From positions 5,952,001 to 6,016,000 of the forward strand of contig CM022677.1 of assembly GCA_012295275.1 (NCBI GenBank): a stretch of 64,000 nt of DNA, given 5' to 3'. This DNA is from Chrysomallon squamiferum (taxonomy: Eukaryota > Animalia > Mollusca). Shown in pieces: positions 27,452 to 42,800 of this stretch. Position numbers and translations under genes: made by a program. Within the stretch, counting starts at the first letter, position 1, and each line of letters begins with the position of its first letter. Below the pieces are notes generated by a model. The model was not told the origin of the DNA. It was given only the letters and a program-made list of their open reading frames with translations, and did no database searches.

Positions 27452-27500
<49 letters not shown>

Positions 27501-27567
27501 CAACAACAACAATAATAATAAAATTATAATATCAAGAACAGTACCAATTATTTAATAAATAAGTAAA

Positions 27568-27598
<31 letters not shown>

Positions 27599-27636
27599 TA
27601 ATACCAACAAACAACATCAACTTCAACAACAACAAC

Positions 27637-27675
<39 letters not shown>

Positions 27676-28093
27676 AAAATAGACATTTTTGTCAAGATGA
27701 TATTGATGATGATGATGATGGTGATTATGATTATGAAGATGAACAGGATCGTGATGATGGTGACAACAATGATGAAAATTATAATCATAATGATAATGCA
27801 GCTGAGTATGATGATGATAATTATGATTATGATAGTAAAAATAAAATGAAAAATATTATGTCCTGTCTATAAAGAAGAAGAAGAAGAAGATGAAGATTAT
27901 GATGAAGATGATGATGATAATTAGCAAATAAATAATTTAGTAAATAAATAATGATAATGATCATATTAATGAAAATATTTATAAAGATGATCATCGTGAT
28001 GGTACTGATACTAAATGAAGATGATGATTAGTCGTCGTATTTTCATTCTCTGATACTGAAATATCACCGTCGAGTTTGACTATTTTTGCATAC

Positions 28094-28231
28094 GTCTGTT
28101 CAAGTTGCAGTCGTAGCCGACGAAACTGGTGTCGTCGCAGTCGCATTTGCCAGCGTTTGAGCCACTTAGCATGCACACTCTGTCGTTGGCGCAGTTTTGA
28201 CCTTCTCTTCTGCAGTCAAAAAAATCGACAC
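28094..28231 (-). CDS. EGF-EGF-ZP protein, EGF exon 1 (GVDFFDCRREGQNCANDRVCMLSGSNAGKCDCDDTSFVGYDCNLNR)
   Basis: 138-nt phase 1-1 exon with cag/gtat boundaries and 6 Cys. The FDCRR start recalls molluscan 'EGF-like domain-containing' shell proteins. Confidence 0.8.
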
Positions 28232-28321
28232 CTGTAAATATAATAATAATAATAATAAATATAATAAATACCTGTTAGTACTTTATTTGTATCTCTCTCT
28301 TTCTCTGTCTTTCTGTTTCTG

Positions 28322-28417
<96 letters not shown>

Positions 28418-28663
28418 TCTGTCTCTGTCTCTTTCTCTCTCTGTCTGTCTCTCTCTTTCTCTCTCTCTCCGTCTCGCTCTCGCTCTGTCTTTCGTTCTCT
28501 CTGTGTTTCTTTCTTTCTCCCTGTGTCTCTCTCTCTTTCTCTCTATGTGTCTCTTTCTTTCTCTCTCACTCTGTCTCTGATTTACACATTCACGCAAACC
28601 AATACACATTAACTGAGACTAAAAGAGAGTTCGTTTCCATAGACCTAAATTGAGATCATTGTA

Positions 28664-28750
<87 letters not shown>

Positions 28751-29180
28751 TTCACTAAATCTTTTTCCTGCAAAATGTCCACGAAACCGGAGTGCGGGTT
28801 ACATGTTGAAATTAAATACAACATAACGAAGTAGGCTCTACTGGATGTTATAATGAACAAGAAAATAAAAACATAAAATAGATGCGTGAACCAAATTTAC
28901 TAATTGAAAACCGCAAGCGAAATCCATGTTGGCAGAAGGCTGCCAGTATTTCATTCTTTACTATGTTTAATTCATTAGAAATGTCATGAAAACATCGTTA
29001 AGTAAATATATAACATCATCAGAGTTATATTTCATAGACGAATGGCAATCATTTCCGAGACTATCATTTAATTATTCGTGTTTTTGCACAATTCATTTGC
29101 ACAATTATAAGAAATATCAGGTCCACTATGGTAAATTTATTACAGTAAAATTTAAACATTTTGTCGACCTATAGTCTTAC

Positions 29181-29223
29181 CTTCCACGCCAACACACAAC
29201 AGAATGAAAATAAATAAATTCAT
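29181..29223 (-). CDS. EGF-EGF-ZP shell-matrix-type protein, signal-peptide exon (MNLFIFILLCVGVE-G)
   Basis: ATG preceded by a ttttcag acceptor; hydrophobic leader; phase-1 donor G|gtaag. Confidence 0.75.
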
Positions 29224-29336
29224 TTTGCGATTAGGAAGCTGAAAAAAATAAAAAATAAAAAACAATATGTATAATACAAATACTGTAATCGTTATTAATA
29301 ATTTATCTATGTATCTTTCTATCTATGTATCCATCC

Positions 29337-29424
<88 letters not shown>

Positions 29425-30039
29425 ATATATCAAAATAGATATAGAAAGTTACACACAAAAATACGAACGAGCGTCAACTTCAGCAAAATATTTAATTATA
29501 GAGAAAACAGAAGATGAGTAATAATAATAATAACAACAACAACAATAATAATAATATTAATAATAATAATAATAATGATAATAATATTATGAATAATATG
29601 AATATAAATAATACAAAATACTACTACAACTAATAACAGTATAATAATAATAATAATAAAACAAACAAACAAACAAACAATAAATAAATAAACAAATAAC
29701 GATAATCGCAAAAATTACTTGCAAGTTTCGATAGTCTTGTTAGCTACGTCTTTCAGTGATAGAAACACTTACCTAAAATATGAAGAACATTTTGTGCGCC
29801 TACTGAATTCAGAACAAACCTATTCTGACACGCGATTCAATATCTGCCAAAAACTGCCAAGTGTCAACCTTTAAAATCAATCCCAAATTCTGCACAACAG
29901 CCTTAGAGAAAGTGATGAAGAAACAGAAGAGAGATACAGAGGGATAAATACAATGGGACTGAGTCTGACAGACATACAGATAGACAGAGAAACAGACAAA
30001 TACAGTGATGTATACATATACAATTACAAAATATATACA

Positions 30040-30097
<58 letters not shown>

Positions 30098-30368
30098 CAC
30101 ACACAGACATACATATATCTATACCACTACTATTATTACTAGTACTTCAAATCTTCTAATATATAATCACTACTGCTGTTGCTAGTATTTCAACTACAAG
30201 TATTACTACTACTGCTATTAATACTACTGCTACGATTATTAATACTTAATCTACTTTTACAACTAGAGAGAGAGAGTTAATTATACTGCAGGTAATAGAT
30301 ACATTTTTTTATATTATTATTATTCATTTCACATTTATACTGTCACTGTTATAGAGCAATATGGATAT

Positions 30369-30371
<3 letters not shown>

Positions 30372-30463
<92 letters not shown>

Positions 30464-31007
30464 TATCTCTATAACTCTCTCTCTATCTGTCTGTCTATCT
30501 CTATATCTATCACTCTCTATCTCTATCTATCTATCTCTATCTCTATCACTCTATCTGTCTATCTATCTGTCTCGCTATCTCTATCTATCTATCTGTCTAT
30601 CTATCTCTCTCTGTCTCTATCTATCTATCTATCTATCTCTATCTCTATCACTCTCTCTATCTAAATGTCTATCTATTTCTATCTCTATCACTCTCTCTCT
30701 ATCTATCTATCTATCTATCTATCTCTATCACTCTCTCTCTCTATCTATCTATCTATCTATCTATCTCTATCTCTATCACTCTATCTGTCTATATATCTGT
30801 CTCTCTATCTCTCTATCTCTCTCTATCTATCTATCTATCTATCTGTCTATCTATCTCTCTCTATCTCTATCTATCTATCTCGATCTCTATCACTCTCTCT
30901 ATCTAAATGTCTATCTATCTCTCTCTATCTCTATCTATCTATCTATCTCTATCTCTATCACTCTCTCTCTATCTAAATGTCTATCTATCTCTCTCTATCT
31001 ATCTCTA

Positions 31008-31038
<31 letters not shown>

Positions 31039-31048
31039 CTATCTCTAT
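30372..31048. repeat. (CT)n/(CTAT)n compound microsatellite
   Basis: Seen directly in the sequence. Confidence 0.95.
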
Positions 31049-31944
31049 GAATGTAAGAAGTATCATTAGACAAATATTGACTGTATATGTTCAGTTGTTT
31101 GTGGTATAACGCTGTTGCTGTATGCCAGTGTTCGATATCAGGTTTTATTTAACGTCCTTGTAGCAATGTGGCTGCTGACAATGTTGGCACCTTGAACTGT
31201 CAAACACGTGTTTTTGACGTAACGTAGATTGTAATAATTGTTGTTAATGTCGTTGTTGTTGTTGTTGTTGTTGTTATCACTATCATTACCACTGTTATCG
31301 TCATCATCGTCATCATCCTTATTTTTTTTATTATTATTATCATCATCCTCATCTTCATCATCATCATCATATTATTATTATTGTTGTTATTATTATTATT
31401 ATTATTGTTACTACTGTTACTGTTACCATTAATACTTTTACAGCTACTATTACTACTACTATCAGAACTGTAGCTATTACTATTACAGCAAGTACTACTA
31501 CAACTATTACTATTACTACCATTATCACTACCAGTGTTAATATCACTAGGACTACTACTACTAGGACTACTACTGTTGTTATTATTATTATTACTACTAC
31601 TTTTACTATTACTTATAATATTACTACTACTACTACTACTTCTACTCCTAGTATAAGAGATGTAGTTACTACAAAAACAAGTACTTCTACAACATAACTA
31701 CTACTACGTACTAAGAATACTTAGTAATAGTACTAATATATTATTATTACTACTTCCAACCTACTACTATATAATCACTACTGATGTTGCTAGTATTTCA
31801 ACTACTAGTATTACTACCACTGCTATTAATACTACTGCTACGATTATTAATGCTTAATCTACTTTTACGACTACTACAACTACTACTACTACTACTACTA
31901 CAACTATTACTGCTACACCTTTACTTGTTTATTACATTAATAGC

Positions 31945-31994
<50 letters not shown>

Positions 31995-32835
31995 GTTATT
32001 GTTGTTGTTGTTGTTGTTGTCGTTGTTGTTGTTTTCAAACAACTCACAAATGGCTACATTCATACACTTACCTCAGGTCCACAGTTTCACAAAGCAGAGG
32101 GTCAGAGAAAAAGCTTGATGTGTCAACGAAGTATTCTGTTCCAACAAAGACTGAATCCTTGGAAGCTGATCAACTACGCACAGTAACAATACTAAATATT
32201 ACCTACAACCTGAAACAAATGCCAAATAACAACACAGAAATACAGATTTTAGTTATTTTTAGTTCAAAAATTTTGTATTTTTTTATTTATTTATTAATAT
32301 CCTTCTTTATTTATTTTTTTTCTTCTTTTATTTTTATTTTTTATTTATTTTTATTTCCTATAAATAATTTATTACGAGCGCCTAATCAAGGGAGGTAACT
32401 TATATTTCTCACACTTCAGAAAAGGTGAATGTAATTCGATCCACACATATTAAAATATGTTACATTTTTTTTAGATTTTTTGTGAATATTATGATGGGAA
32501 GCATTGATCTCTTCAAATATTTTTGCACTAAGTTCCAGAAAAAAAATTTAAAATAAAAAATAAAAATTAATCGGCAAGTATTTTTTAAATACATACAAAC
32601 ATGCACAAGCACAACATATATATCTACAGAAACATACCTGCATCCATACACACACAGAAACACACACACACACACACGCATACATATCATAGAAGTTTAC
32701 AACTTAAATAAATAAAAGCTATAAAAGTCAGAAGGACCAAAACACACTGTAATGTACAATATAATAAATAACTTAAAGTCAGACCCCCACCAAAAAAAAA
32801 AAATAATAATAATAATAAAAAATAATAATAATAAA

Positions 32836-32866
<31 letters not shown>

Positions 32867-34147
32867 TAATGACAATGATAATAAAAAGTGCCTTTTTAAT
32901 TCTTGAATAAATAAAAGCTCACGGAAATCGAAACCAGGACGAAGCCATTGTAAATAATCAAAAGTAGACACAGGCTAACTCGACCTCCTATTTTTAACAA
33001 ACAGAGGTAGCAGGGGTCACATATACCCCTCACACTTATTTTATTACTACTTTTAGACTTGTTGTCGTTTTGTCGTGTTTATATTTGTATCTGCATAAAA
33101 AAAAAAACTGTGACTATGAAGATTTGAGTTAACCCCACTTTTTCAAGCAAATGGTACGTTCCAGGGATTTCCCTTATTTTGTGTCGTCGCCATAATTACA
33201 GTTGTTTTTATTAACTTGTAAGACATGAAACACTCCTCTCCTTTAGGTAAGTAACGTATAATTATTATTATTATTATAGTTAACACAAAATAAAACGTCA
33301 GTTTTCTCGTTTTCCTAGCAACGTTAGTAAGCGAGCGAGCGAGTTACGTGTTCGTAAAGCAAAGTCTGTGAAGGTTATTTTCAACGACACACTTAACTGT
33401 TCATTATTTTGTCCATGTATTACAAATAATAGTTTTAAAACCAGGTGGCAGTGGCGATTATTATTATGATTATTATTATTATTATTATTATTATTGTTCT
33501 TGTTGTTATTATTATTATTATTATTCAAAAAAATATACGATTTATCTTATCTCTGTCTTTCTTGCTCGGTAATCCTATGTACGTTAATAAATATTTTAAA
33601 CGGAAAATAAAGACAATTCTCGGATAATACGTTTTCTGAAATTTTTCTTATAAAATCAGAAGACTGAAGTAATAGAGACGTTTATCATGACAAATGTACG
33701 TTTATTATTTTACAGAAATATTTATTTATTTTTATTTATTTATTCTGAATAAGGAAATCGAAACATTCTGGGTATCTTGTTTTGATTTCCTTGTGTAGTA
33801 CAAACACAATTAAACACAATTGTAGGTGAGGCAAATTGTCAGAGACGTTTCATATAGTAATTATATAACACTCCTTGCCAACAAAAACAGACACACACAC
33901 ACACACACACACACATACACACACATACACACACATATGAACAAACCATCTGAAAGCATTTTTCTGAACGCTATTGTCCAAAATAGAAGCGATTTTACTT
34001 CAGCGTATGTTTGTATATATAAAGGGTATATAGCCACGTATCAACGTATGTAAGATTTATTGATGGAGAAAGAGCCAGCCAAGATATATATAAATAAATA
34101 TGTGTGTGTGTGTCTCTGTGTGTGTGTCTGTGTGTATGTATATATAT

Positions 34148-34429
<282 letters not shown>

Positions 34430-34499
34430 GTATGGTTCGTTACTACGATTCTGCTGAAGAAAATTTTCTATTTTACATTATTTATCAGGTTCGAAACCA

Positions 34500-34934
34500 G
34501 TGAGTGTCAACATCTGGTATCCAAATAATAATCACCAAGGACATGCATCACTTGAGCTGTCTAGTGGTACATATATCAGCTTCTGGGATCATGACATCAT
34601 GGAAAATAAAAATACAACAATACTAAACACGTGTGGAAAATCGGGAAGTCTTGAATTTGACAGGAAAAAGCTCGGACAAGATCCTCAATACGTCATCAGA
34701 GTTGACGATCTCAAATTGGATGAAGAAAAGATGAAAAAATGGTGGAATCAATGGAAGGATGAGGGAACCTTCGGATTCTACTATTACAACAGTTTCTGGG
34801 CTGTTTACCAAGCTCTGCGACAAGGGGGAGCTGCCATTAGTTTCAATCCTATCTGGACAGCTGGAATCCTCTACCGATATCTACAGAGAGTCAAACAAGG
34901 CTTCTGGGGACTTGTGACTTCGTTTTTTGGTTGA
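34500..34934 (+). pseudogene. Subfamily A copy 3; open frame but start codon ATG->GTG
   Basis: ccaGTGagtgtc where paralogs have acaATGagggtc; the remaining 143 codons are intact. Confidence 0.6.
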
Positions 34935-36095
34935 GGTGTTCTGTGCTCGCTTCACTTCATCACATCATAGCTGTGTGACAACAAACCAAACAATTAATAA
35001 TCAACGATCAAAACAAAAATAATAATCAACGATCTACATAAATCTTACCAATTATCTGTGATTAAAATTTGTTATTTTGATTTGGAAAATTTTCTATACT
35101 GTCAGTAGGAAATAACAGTTTGATATTTTATTTAACTGAATCCTTTTTAAATATGTGGTCAGTATAAAACAGCATATTCGAAGATTTTTTATTATTATTA
35201 TTTTTTTAATAATGTGAAGAAATGAAATTAAACCGTACATTCTAAGATTATTTTTGTAATTAAGTGAAGAAATAAATTAAATATTTTTCTGAACTGACAG
35301 GTGAATAGAGATTTTATATCAATGTTTTAGATTATATAACATTATCCTATCCGAAAGTTACACATTTTTTTTTTTTTTTGAATATATTTTAATAATAATT
35401 AGGAGTTGCTTTATATCGTTAATTTCTACTTTTTCTATAGACCTCATAACAATAACAGATCTTCCTGTGAATAGATGTACTGTTAATATTGAGAAATAAA
35501 AATTTAAAAAAATTAAAAGTGATTAATAAATTTGTGATTTCACATTAATAAAATAGTTTTCTGGTGAAAGAAACATAGAACTGTTTGCTATTAGTACCAG
35601 TTTTGAAATTATAATATTAATTTTATATTTGTGGAAATAAAGCTCACACACACACACACACACAGATTTGTATATATGTATGTATGTTTGTATCTATCTA
35701 TCTATTTAGATTTATAAATACTTCATAAATACACACACACACACACATACACACACATCTATATCTATCATTATGCAAATACGTACATAAATACAAACAG
35801 CCATACATACAAAAATTCATCCATGCATTCATATTGTCGTTTGTACTGTCGTGACTGGAGCTTGTCCTCCTGTTCCAGTACGTTCCTTCCTGTATTATCT
35901 GTGTGAAGTCTCAGTAGAGGAATGTAATACAGAAAATATATCATACGTAAATACATACATACATACAGACAGACAGACAGAGAAACAGATAGACAGACAG
36001 ACTAAGACCTGCATACATATATTAACAGATACATAGGTGTGTATGTATGTTCACAGTACACGCGAAGAATGATTTTATAACCATATTTATTTATT

Positions 36096-36155
<60 letters not shown>

Positions 36156-38066
36156 TGTTTGTCTTTGTTTTGTTTGTTTAGTGTTTTTTATGGGGTTTTT
36201 TGTTTTGTTTTTTGTGGGGGTTTTTTCCCAATGAAGTTCACGCGACTAATAGTGATCGTATCTTTTATCTCCCAGATTGGTAACATGTATCACTAGTGAT
36301 GACGTCAGCTTGTGATCGCATTCCCCACTGATAAACATGACATAAAGGTGAAAGGTCATATCGTAACATTTTCTGTTTACACAGTGTGTACACGCTCAAA
36401 GGCAGAGAGACAGATAGAAGACATACATACATGAATGGTAGATGATTGCAGAAACAGAGACACAAGAGAAGAAAAGAACAGCTGTCAGAATTCAAGGGAA
36501 TATGTCACCCGGCAGTTTCAGTACATGTATGTCCTAAACATCAGTTGTCAACACTAGAACTAGGTTAAGTACAAACATGATCTTTGTCTGCCGGTCTATA
36601 ATATTACATATGTCTCTTATTTGCCACACTCCACTCTAAAAATAGTCAAATAATTTTTTTTTCTCTCATATTTTAATGTGCATGGGAAAGAGATATATTC
36701 TTTTGCCTTCTCAACTGAAGCGTTTATTTACATAGATACGAACTCCAAGGTGTTTGTGTCCTTGTTTCGTTTTCCTGCAGACGCCATATTGCCTGCTTGA
36801 AATGTTGTTGTTACACTCTAAGCTCATTACGTTTCTGTTAAGATTGTGAACGTTTCGGTAAAATATTTGTTTGAAAGAAGAGTCTGTGATGAAAAACCTT
36901 TCTCTGGATACATTTAAAAAAAAAAGGTAAAATCATTTTTGATCAATGAAATGGAAATAAAAATTTAGTTTTCGTGAGGCTATGACACTGTTAGTATTAC
37001 ACAGTTAGGAAGATTGTAAATTCAAAAGAGTTTTGTTAACGATAATCTATTTCTGTTTATTGTATTATTCAGAAAATAGAATATATATTTATGAAGTATT
37101 TATATATCTAGATAGATAGATAGATAGATAGGTAGATAAAGAGAGAGATAGATAGATAGTAGATAGATAGATTGATTGATTGATATAGATGTGTGTGTGT
37201 ATGTGAGTTTTATTTCTACAAATATAAAATTAATATTGTATTTCAAAACTGGTGTTAATAACAAACAGTGCTATGTTTCTTTCATCAGAAAACTATTTTA
37301 TGAATTTTATAGAGAAATCTGAAACATAATTAATTTCATGTGAAATCACATAAATTAATGGGGTTTTTACAAGGTATATAAAAAAATCAGAACTTAAAGC
37401 ATCTGCTAAATATATTTTATTTATTGTATATGATTATATCAAGCTATAACAGCCAGTATAGATCAAAATATAAAGAAAACATATCAGTAAAGCATATCAA
37501 AGCAGAGAGTCGGAGAAAAAGCATTCGATGTGTCAACGAAGTATTCTGTTCCAACAAAGACTGAATCCTTGGAAGCTGATCAACTACGCACAGTAACAAT
37601 AATAAATATTGCCTACATGCATAAGTTAACTTTAGCACTGAAACAAATGCCAAATAACAACATTAAAATACAGATATTAGTTATTTTTAGTTCATGAACT
37701 GTTTTTCTATTTTATTGTTAATATCCTGCTTTCTTTCTTTTTTTATTTTTATTTATTTATTTATTTATTTTTTATTTCCTATAAATAATTTATTACGAAC
37801 GCCTAATCAAGGGAGGTAACTTATATTTCTCACACTTCAGAATAGGTGAATGTAATTCGATCCACACGAATTAAAATATGTTACATTTTTTTTAGATTTT
37901 TTGTGAATATTATGATGGAAAGCATTGATCTCTTCAAATTTTTTTGCACTGACTTCCAGAAAAAAAAAAAAAAAATTAATCGGCAAGTATTTTTTAAATA
38001 CATACAAACATGCACAAGCAGAACATAAATATCTTCAGAAATATACCTGCATCCATACACACACAG

Positions 38067-38116
<50 letters not shown>

Positions 38117-38266
38117 ACATATCATAGAAGTTTACAACTTAAATAAATAAAAGCTACAAAAGTCAGAAGGACCAAAACACACTGTAATGTACAGTATAAT
38201 AAATAACTTAAAGTCAGACCCCCACCAAAAAAAAAAAATAATAATAATAATAATAAAAAATAATAA

Positions 38267-38313
<47 letters not shown>

Positions 38314-38901
38314 TAATGACAATGATAATAAAAAGTGCCTTTTTAATTCTTGAATAAATAAAAGCTCACGGAAATCGAAACCAGGACGAAGCCATTGTAA
38401 ATAATCAAAAGTAGACACAGGCTAACGCGACCTCCTATTTTTAACAAACAGAGGTAGCAGGGGTCACATAAAGCCCTCCCACTTATTTTATTACTACTTT
38501 TAGCCTTGTTGTCGTTTTGTCGTGTTTATATTTTTATCTGCATAAAAAACTGTGACTGCGAAGATTTGAGTTAACCCCACTTTTTCAAGCAAATGGTACG
38601 TTCCAGGGATTTCCCTTATTTTGTGTCGTCGCCATAATTACAGTTTTTCATTCACTTGTAAGACAGGGAACACTCCTCTCCTTTATTTAGGTAAGTAACG
38701 TATAATTAATTATTATTATTATAGTTAACACAAAATAAAACGTCAGTTTTCTCGATTTCCTAGCAACGTTAGTAAGCGAGCGAGCGAGTTACGTGTTCGT
38801 AAAGCAAAGTCTGTGAAGGTTATTTTCAATGACACACTTAATTGTTCATTATTTTGTCCATGTATTACAAATAATAGTTTTAAAACCAGGTGGCAGTGGC
38901 G

Positions 38902-38944
<43 letters not shown>

Positions 38945-39530
38945 CATAAAATATACGATTTATTCTTTCTCTGTCTTTCTTGCTCGGTAATTCTTATATT
39001 TTAAACGGAAAATAAAGACAATTCTCGGATAATAAGTTTTCTGAAATTTTTCTTATAAAATCAGAAGACTGAAGTAATAGAGACGTTTATCATGACAAAT
39101 GTACGTTTATTATTTTACAGAAATATTTATTTATTTTTATTTATTTATTCTGAATAAGGAAATCGAAACATTCTGGGTATCTTGTTTTGATTTCCTTGTG
39201 TAGTACAAACACACTTAAACACAATTGTAGGTGAGGCAAATTGTCAGAGACGTGTCATATAGTAATTATATAACACTCCTTGCCAACAAAAACAGATACA
39301 CACACACATATACATATGACAAAACAATCTGAAAGCATTTTTATGAACGCTACTGTCCAAAATAGAAGCGATTTTACTTCAGCGTATGTTTGTATATATA
39401 ATGGGTATATAGCCACGTATCAACGTATGTAAGATTTATTGACAGAGAAAGAGCCAGCCAAGATATATATAAATAAATATATGTGTGTGTGTGTCTGTGT
39501 GTGTATATATATATAGAGAGAGAGAGAGAG

Positions 39531-39602
<72 letters not shown>

Positions 39603-39674
39603 TTATACGGTTCGTTATCACGATTTTGCTGAAGATAATTTTCTATTTTACATTATTTATCAGGTTCGAGAACA

Positions 39675-40109
39675 ATGAGGGTCTACATCTGGTATCCAAA
39701 TAATAATCACCGAGGACACGCATCACTTGAGCTGTCTAGTGGTGCTTACATCAGCTTCTGGGATCGTGACGTCATGGAAAATAAAAACACAATAATACTA
39801 AACGCGTGTGGAGAATCGGGAAGTCTTAAATTTGACAGGAAAAAGCTCGGACAAGATCCTCAATACATCATCAGTGTTGGCGATCTCTCACTGGATGAAG
39901 AAAAGATGGAAACATGGTGGAATCAATGGAAGGAAACGGGAACGTTCGGATTCTACTATTACAACAGTTTCTGGGCTGTTTACAGAGCTCTGCGAGCAGG
40001 AGGAGCTTCCAGGAGTATCAATCCTCTCTGGACAGCTGGAATCCTCTACCGATATCTACAGAGAGTCAAACTGGGCTTCTGGGGACTTGTGACTTCGTTT
40101 TTTGGTTGA
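39675..40109 (+). CDS. Subfamily A copy 4 (Ser-type), 144 aa
   Basis: Intact ORF with acceptor ttatcag and upstream exon 38625-38690. Confidence 0.8.
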   Translation: MRVYIWYPNNNHRGHASLELSSGAYISFWDRDVMENKNTIILNACGESGSLKFDRKKLGQDPQYIISVGDLSLDEEKMETWWNQWKETGTFGFYYYNSFWAVYRALRAGGASRSINPLWTAGILYRYLQRVKLGFWGLVTSFFG

Positions 40110-41266
40110 GTTGTTCCGTGCTCGCTTCACTTCATTACGTCATAGCTGTGTGACAACAAACTAAACAATTAATAATCAACGATCAAAACAAAAATAATAA
40201 TCAACGATCTACATAAATCTTACCAATTAACTGTGATTAAAATCTGTTATTTTGATTTGGAAGATTTTCTATACTGTCAGTAGGAAATAATTGTTTGATA
40301 TTTTATTTAACTGAATCCTTTTTTAGTTTAAAACAGCATATTCTAAGATTTTTTATTATTATTATTTTTGTAATAATGTGAAGAAATGAAATTAAACCGT
40401 ACATTCTAAGATTATTTTTGTAATTAAGTGAAGAAATAAATTAAATATTTTCTGAACAGACAGGTGAATAGTTTTATTTCTACAAATATAAAATTAATAT
40501 TGTACTTCAAAACTGGTATTAATAACAAATAGTGCTATGTTTCTTTCATCAGAAAACTATTTTATTAATTTTATAGAGAAATCTGAAACTTACAATTAAT
40601 TTCATGTGAAATCACATAAATTAATGCGGTTTTTACAAGGTATATAAAAAAAATCAGAACTTAAAGCATCTTCTAAATATATTTTATTTATTATATATGA
40701 TTATATCGAGCTATAACAGCCAGTATAGATCAAAATATAAAGAAAACATATCAGTATAATCGTCAGATATCAAAAGAAAAGGGAAAACAAAGGCGCTAAC
40801 AGATTTAAAAATAGGTAAAAGTTAAAAAAGTGGATATGGCTTTTTTTTTTTAATTATTATTTATTTATTTTTAATTTCAATTTAATTCAATTTTTAAAAA
40901 TTATTATTCATTCGTACCATTTCGGTATTCATCGGTTTGCTATGACTCATCGCTGACTTTGTTTTCCGAGTAAAACTTAAGGAAATAGAAAGTGAAACAA
41001 ATCTCTTTAAACAGAACTTACTAAAGTGTCGAGAAGTTCTTCTGGGAAAAACAAACGACATAGAAAATATCCAGTATCATGTAACAGTTAGAATAGATCT
41101 ACAATAAACTTACGTCATTTGAATACGACTCGTTCGAACCAAACCGTCGAGAAAAATCGCAGGTGTTTACTCATCGTTTAGGTTTCAATATCAAAGGTGA
41201 ATTCCCTGTCCAACATTGGTACGTAATTAATCCGAATACAGAATTATTTTCATAAATTTAGAAAAT

Positions 41267-41342
<76 letters not shown>

Positions 41343-41374
41343 GTTGTTGTAGTTTTTCTCTTTCATCTTATTAC

Positions 41375-41408
<34 letters not shown>

Positions 41409-41525
41409 GTTGTTGTTGGTGGTGGTGGTGGTGGTGGTGGTGTTAATATTATTTTGGGTTTTTGGTTGTTTTCTTGTTTCTGATATTATACTTATTCTTC
41501 TTGTTGTTGTTGCTGTTGCTATTGC

Positions 41526-41573
<48 letters not shown>

Positions 41574-41743
41574 GACTATTAAACATAAATCTGTATAAAG
41601 TGAATATGGGGGAAAGGGAAAAGAAAGAATGATATGAATCGAAAAGTAAAGAAAAGGAATTAAAGTAAATAAATAAAAACAAAATATCAGACTTATTCTT
41701 TTATACCGCTGCTGGAGATAAAACAATACATAAGCATGCAAAT

Positions 41744-41777
<34 letters not shown>

Positions 41778-41886
41778 CCTTCTTTCTTTAATTCAATTTT
41801 TTCAAATTATTATTCATTCGTACCATTTCGGTATTCATCGGTTTGCTATGACTCATCGCTGACTTTGTTTTCCGAATAAAACTTGA

Positions 41887-41904
41887 GGAAATAGAAAGTG
41901 AAAC
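41887..41904 (+). promoter_or_regulatory. Triple-GAAA IRF-like element GGAAATAGAAAGTGAAAC upstream of D (duplicated at 40981-40998)
   Basis: Contains the IRF-E core AAGTGAAA; lies in a roughly 200-bp block present twice (about 40880-41080 and 41790-41985). Confidence 0.45.
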
Positions 41905-42245
41905 AAATCTCTTTAAACAGAACTTACTAAAGTGTCGAGAAGTTCTTCTGGGAAAAACAAACGATACAGAAAATATAAGTATCATGTAGCTGCATTCATC
42001 TGTCGAACTGTGTGCGATTAAACCTGTGCATTATTAATTATGTTCATTATGCTGCAAAATAATAAATAAGACAGGAAAGACAAACACACACACACCCAAA
42101 AGCACCACCAACACCACAACAACAACTCAACACAACAACAACAACTCAACACACACAAATAAAAAAATTTAAAAACTCCAAAATATATTTCGCACTTCTT
42201 TAATTTTGTGTGTTGTTTTTGTGTGTTTATTTTACAGATAAAACA

Positions 42246-42800
42246 ATGAGAGTTTTTATTTGGAATCCATCGTTACAAAGAGAGCAGGTTGGCCATGCTT
42301 CTCTCCAGCTCTCCAATGGAACGTACATAAGCTGGTGGCCGCAGGACGATGGTTCTGTCCCCGACAATGACGAAAGTGACGAAACTGGGAAGAAAACGAG
42401 AACGAGATTAGGGAAGGAAACTGGAAAACAAATGGGAAAGGAAGCCGGGGTGAAATTTGGAAGCGCATTGGGAAAGATGGGTGGGAAAGCAGCTGGAAAG
42501 AAAACAGTCAGCGAAACTCGACGCGGTTATGCACAAGAATCTCTCGAAGATGACAAAGACGCGGAAGGCGGAAACCCTGACAAGACAGTAGACTTGGATG
42601 TCCTGAAGCTGGATGAAGAGAAGATTGAAGAATGGTGGATTGGCTGGCGGATGAGAGGTTCCTATTCTTTGCTTGAAACAAACTGTTGCTGGGTAGTTTA
42701 TACTGCTTTGAGAGCTGGCGGTGCTCCTAAGAGTTCTACCGAAACCGAAGTATGGATGCCAGGCAAGCTTTACGACTATCTCAGACAGATGACTCGTTAA
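42246..42800 (+). CDS. Subfamily D intact gene (Cys-type), 184 aa, with a Gly/Lys-rich insertion and no hydrophobic tail
   Basis: ATG after a ttttacag acceptor; GHASL..YISWWP..[GKxx repeats]..YSLLETNCCW..WMPGKLYDYL. Confidence 0.85.
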   Translation: MRVFIWNPSLQREQVGHASLQLSNGTYISWWPQDDGSVPDNDESDETGKKTRTRLGKETGKQMGKEAGVKFGSALGKMGGKAAGKKTVSETRRGYAQESLEDDKDAEGGNPDKTVDLDVLKLDEEKIEEWWIGWRMRGSYSLLETNCCWVVYTALRAGGAPKSSTETEVWMPGKLYDYLRQMTR

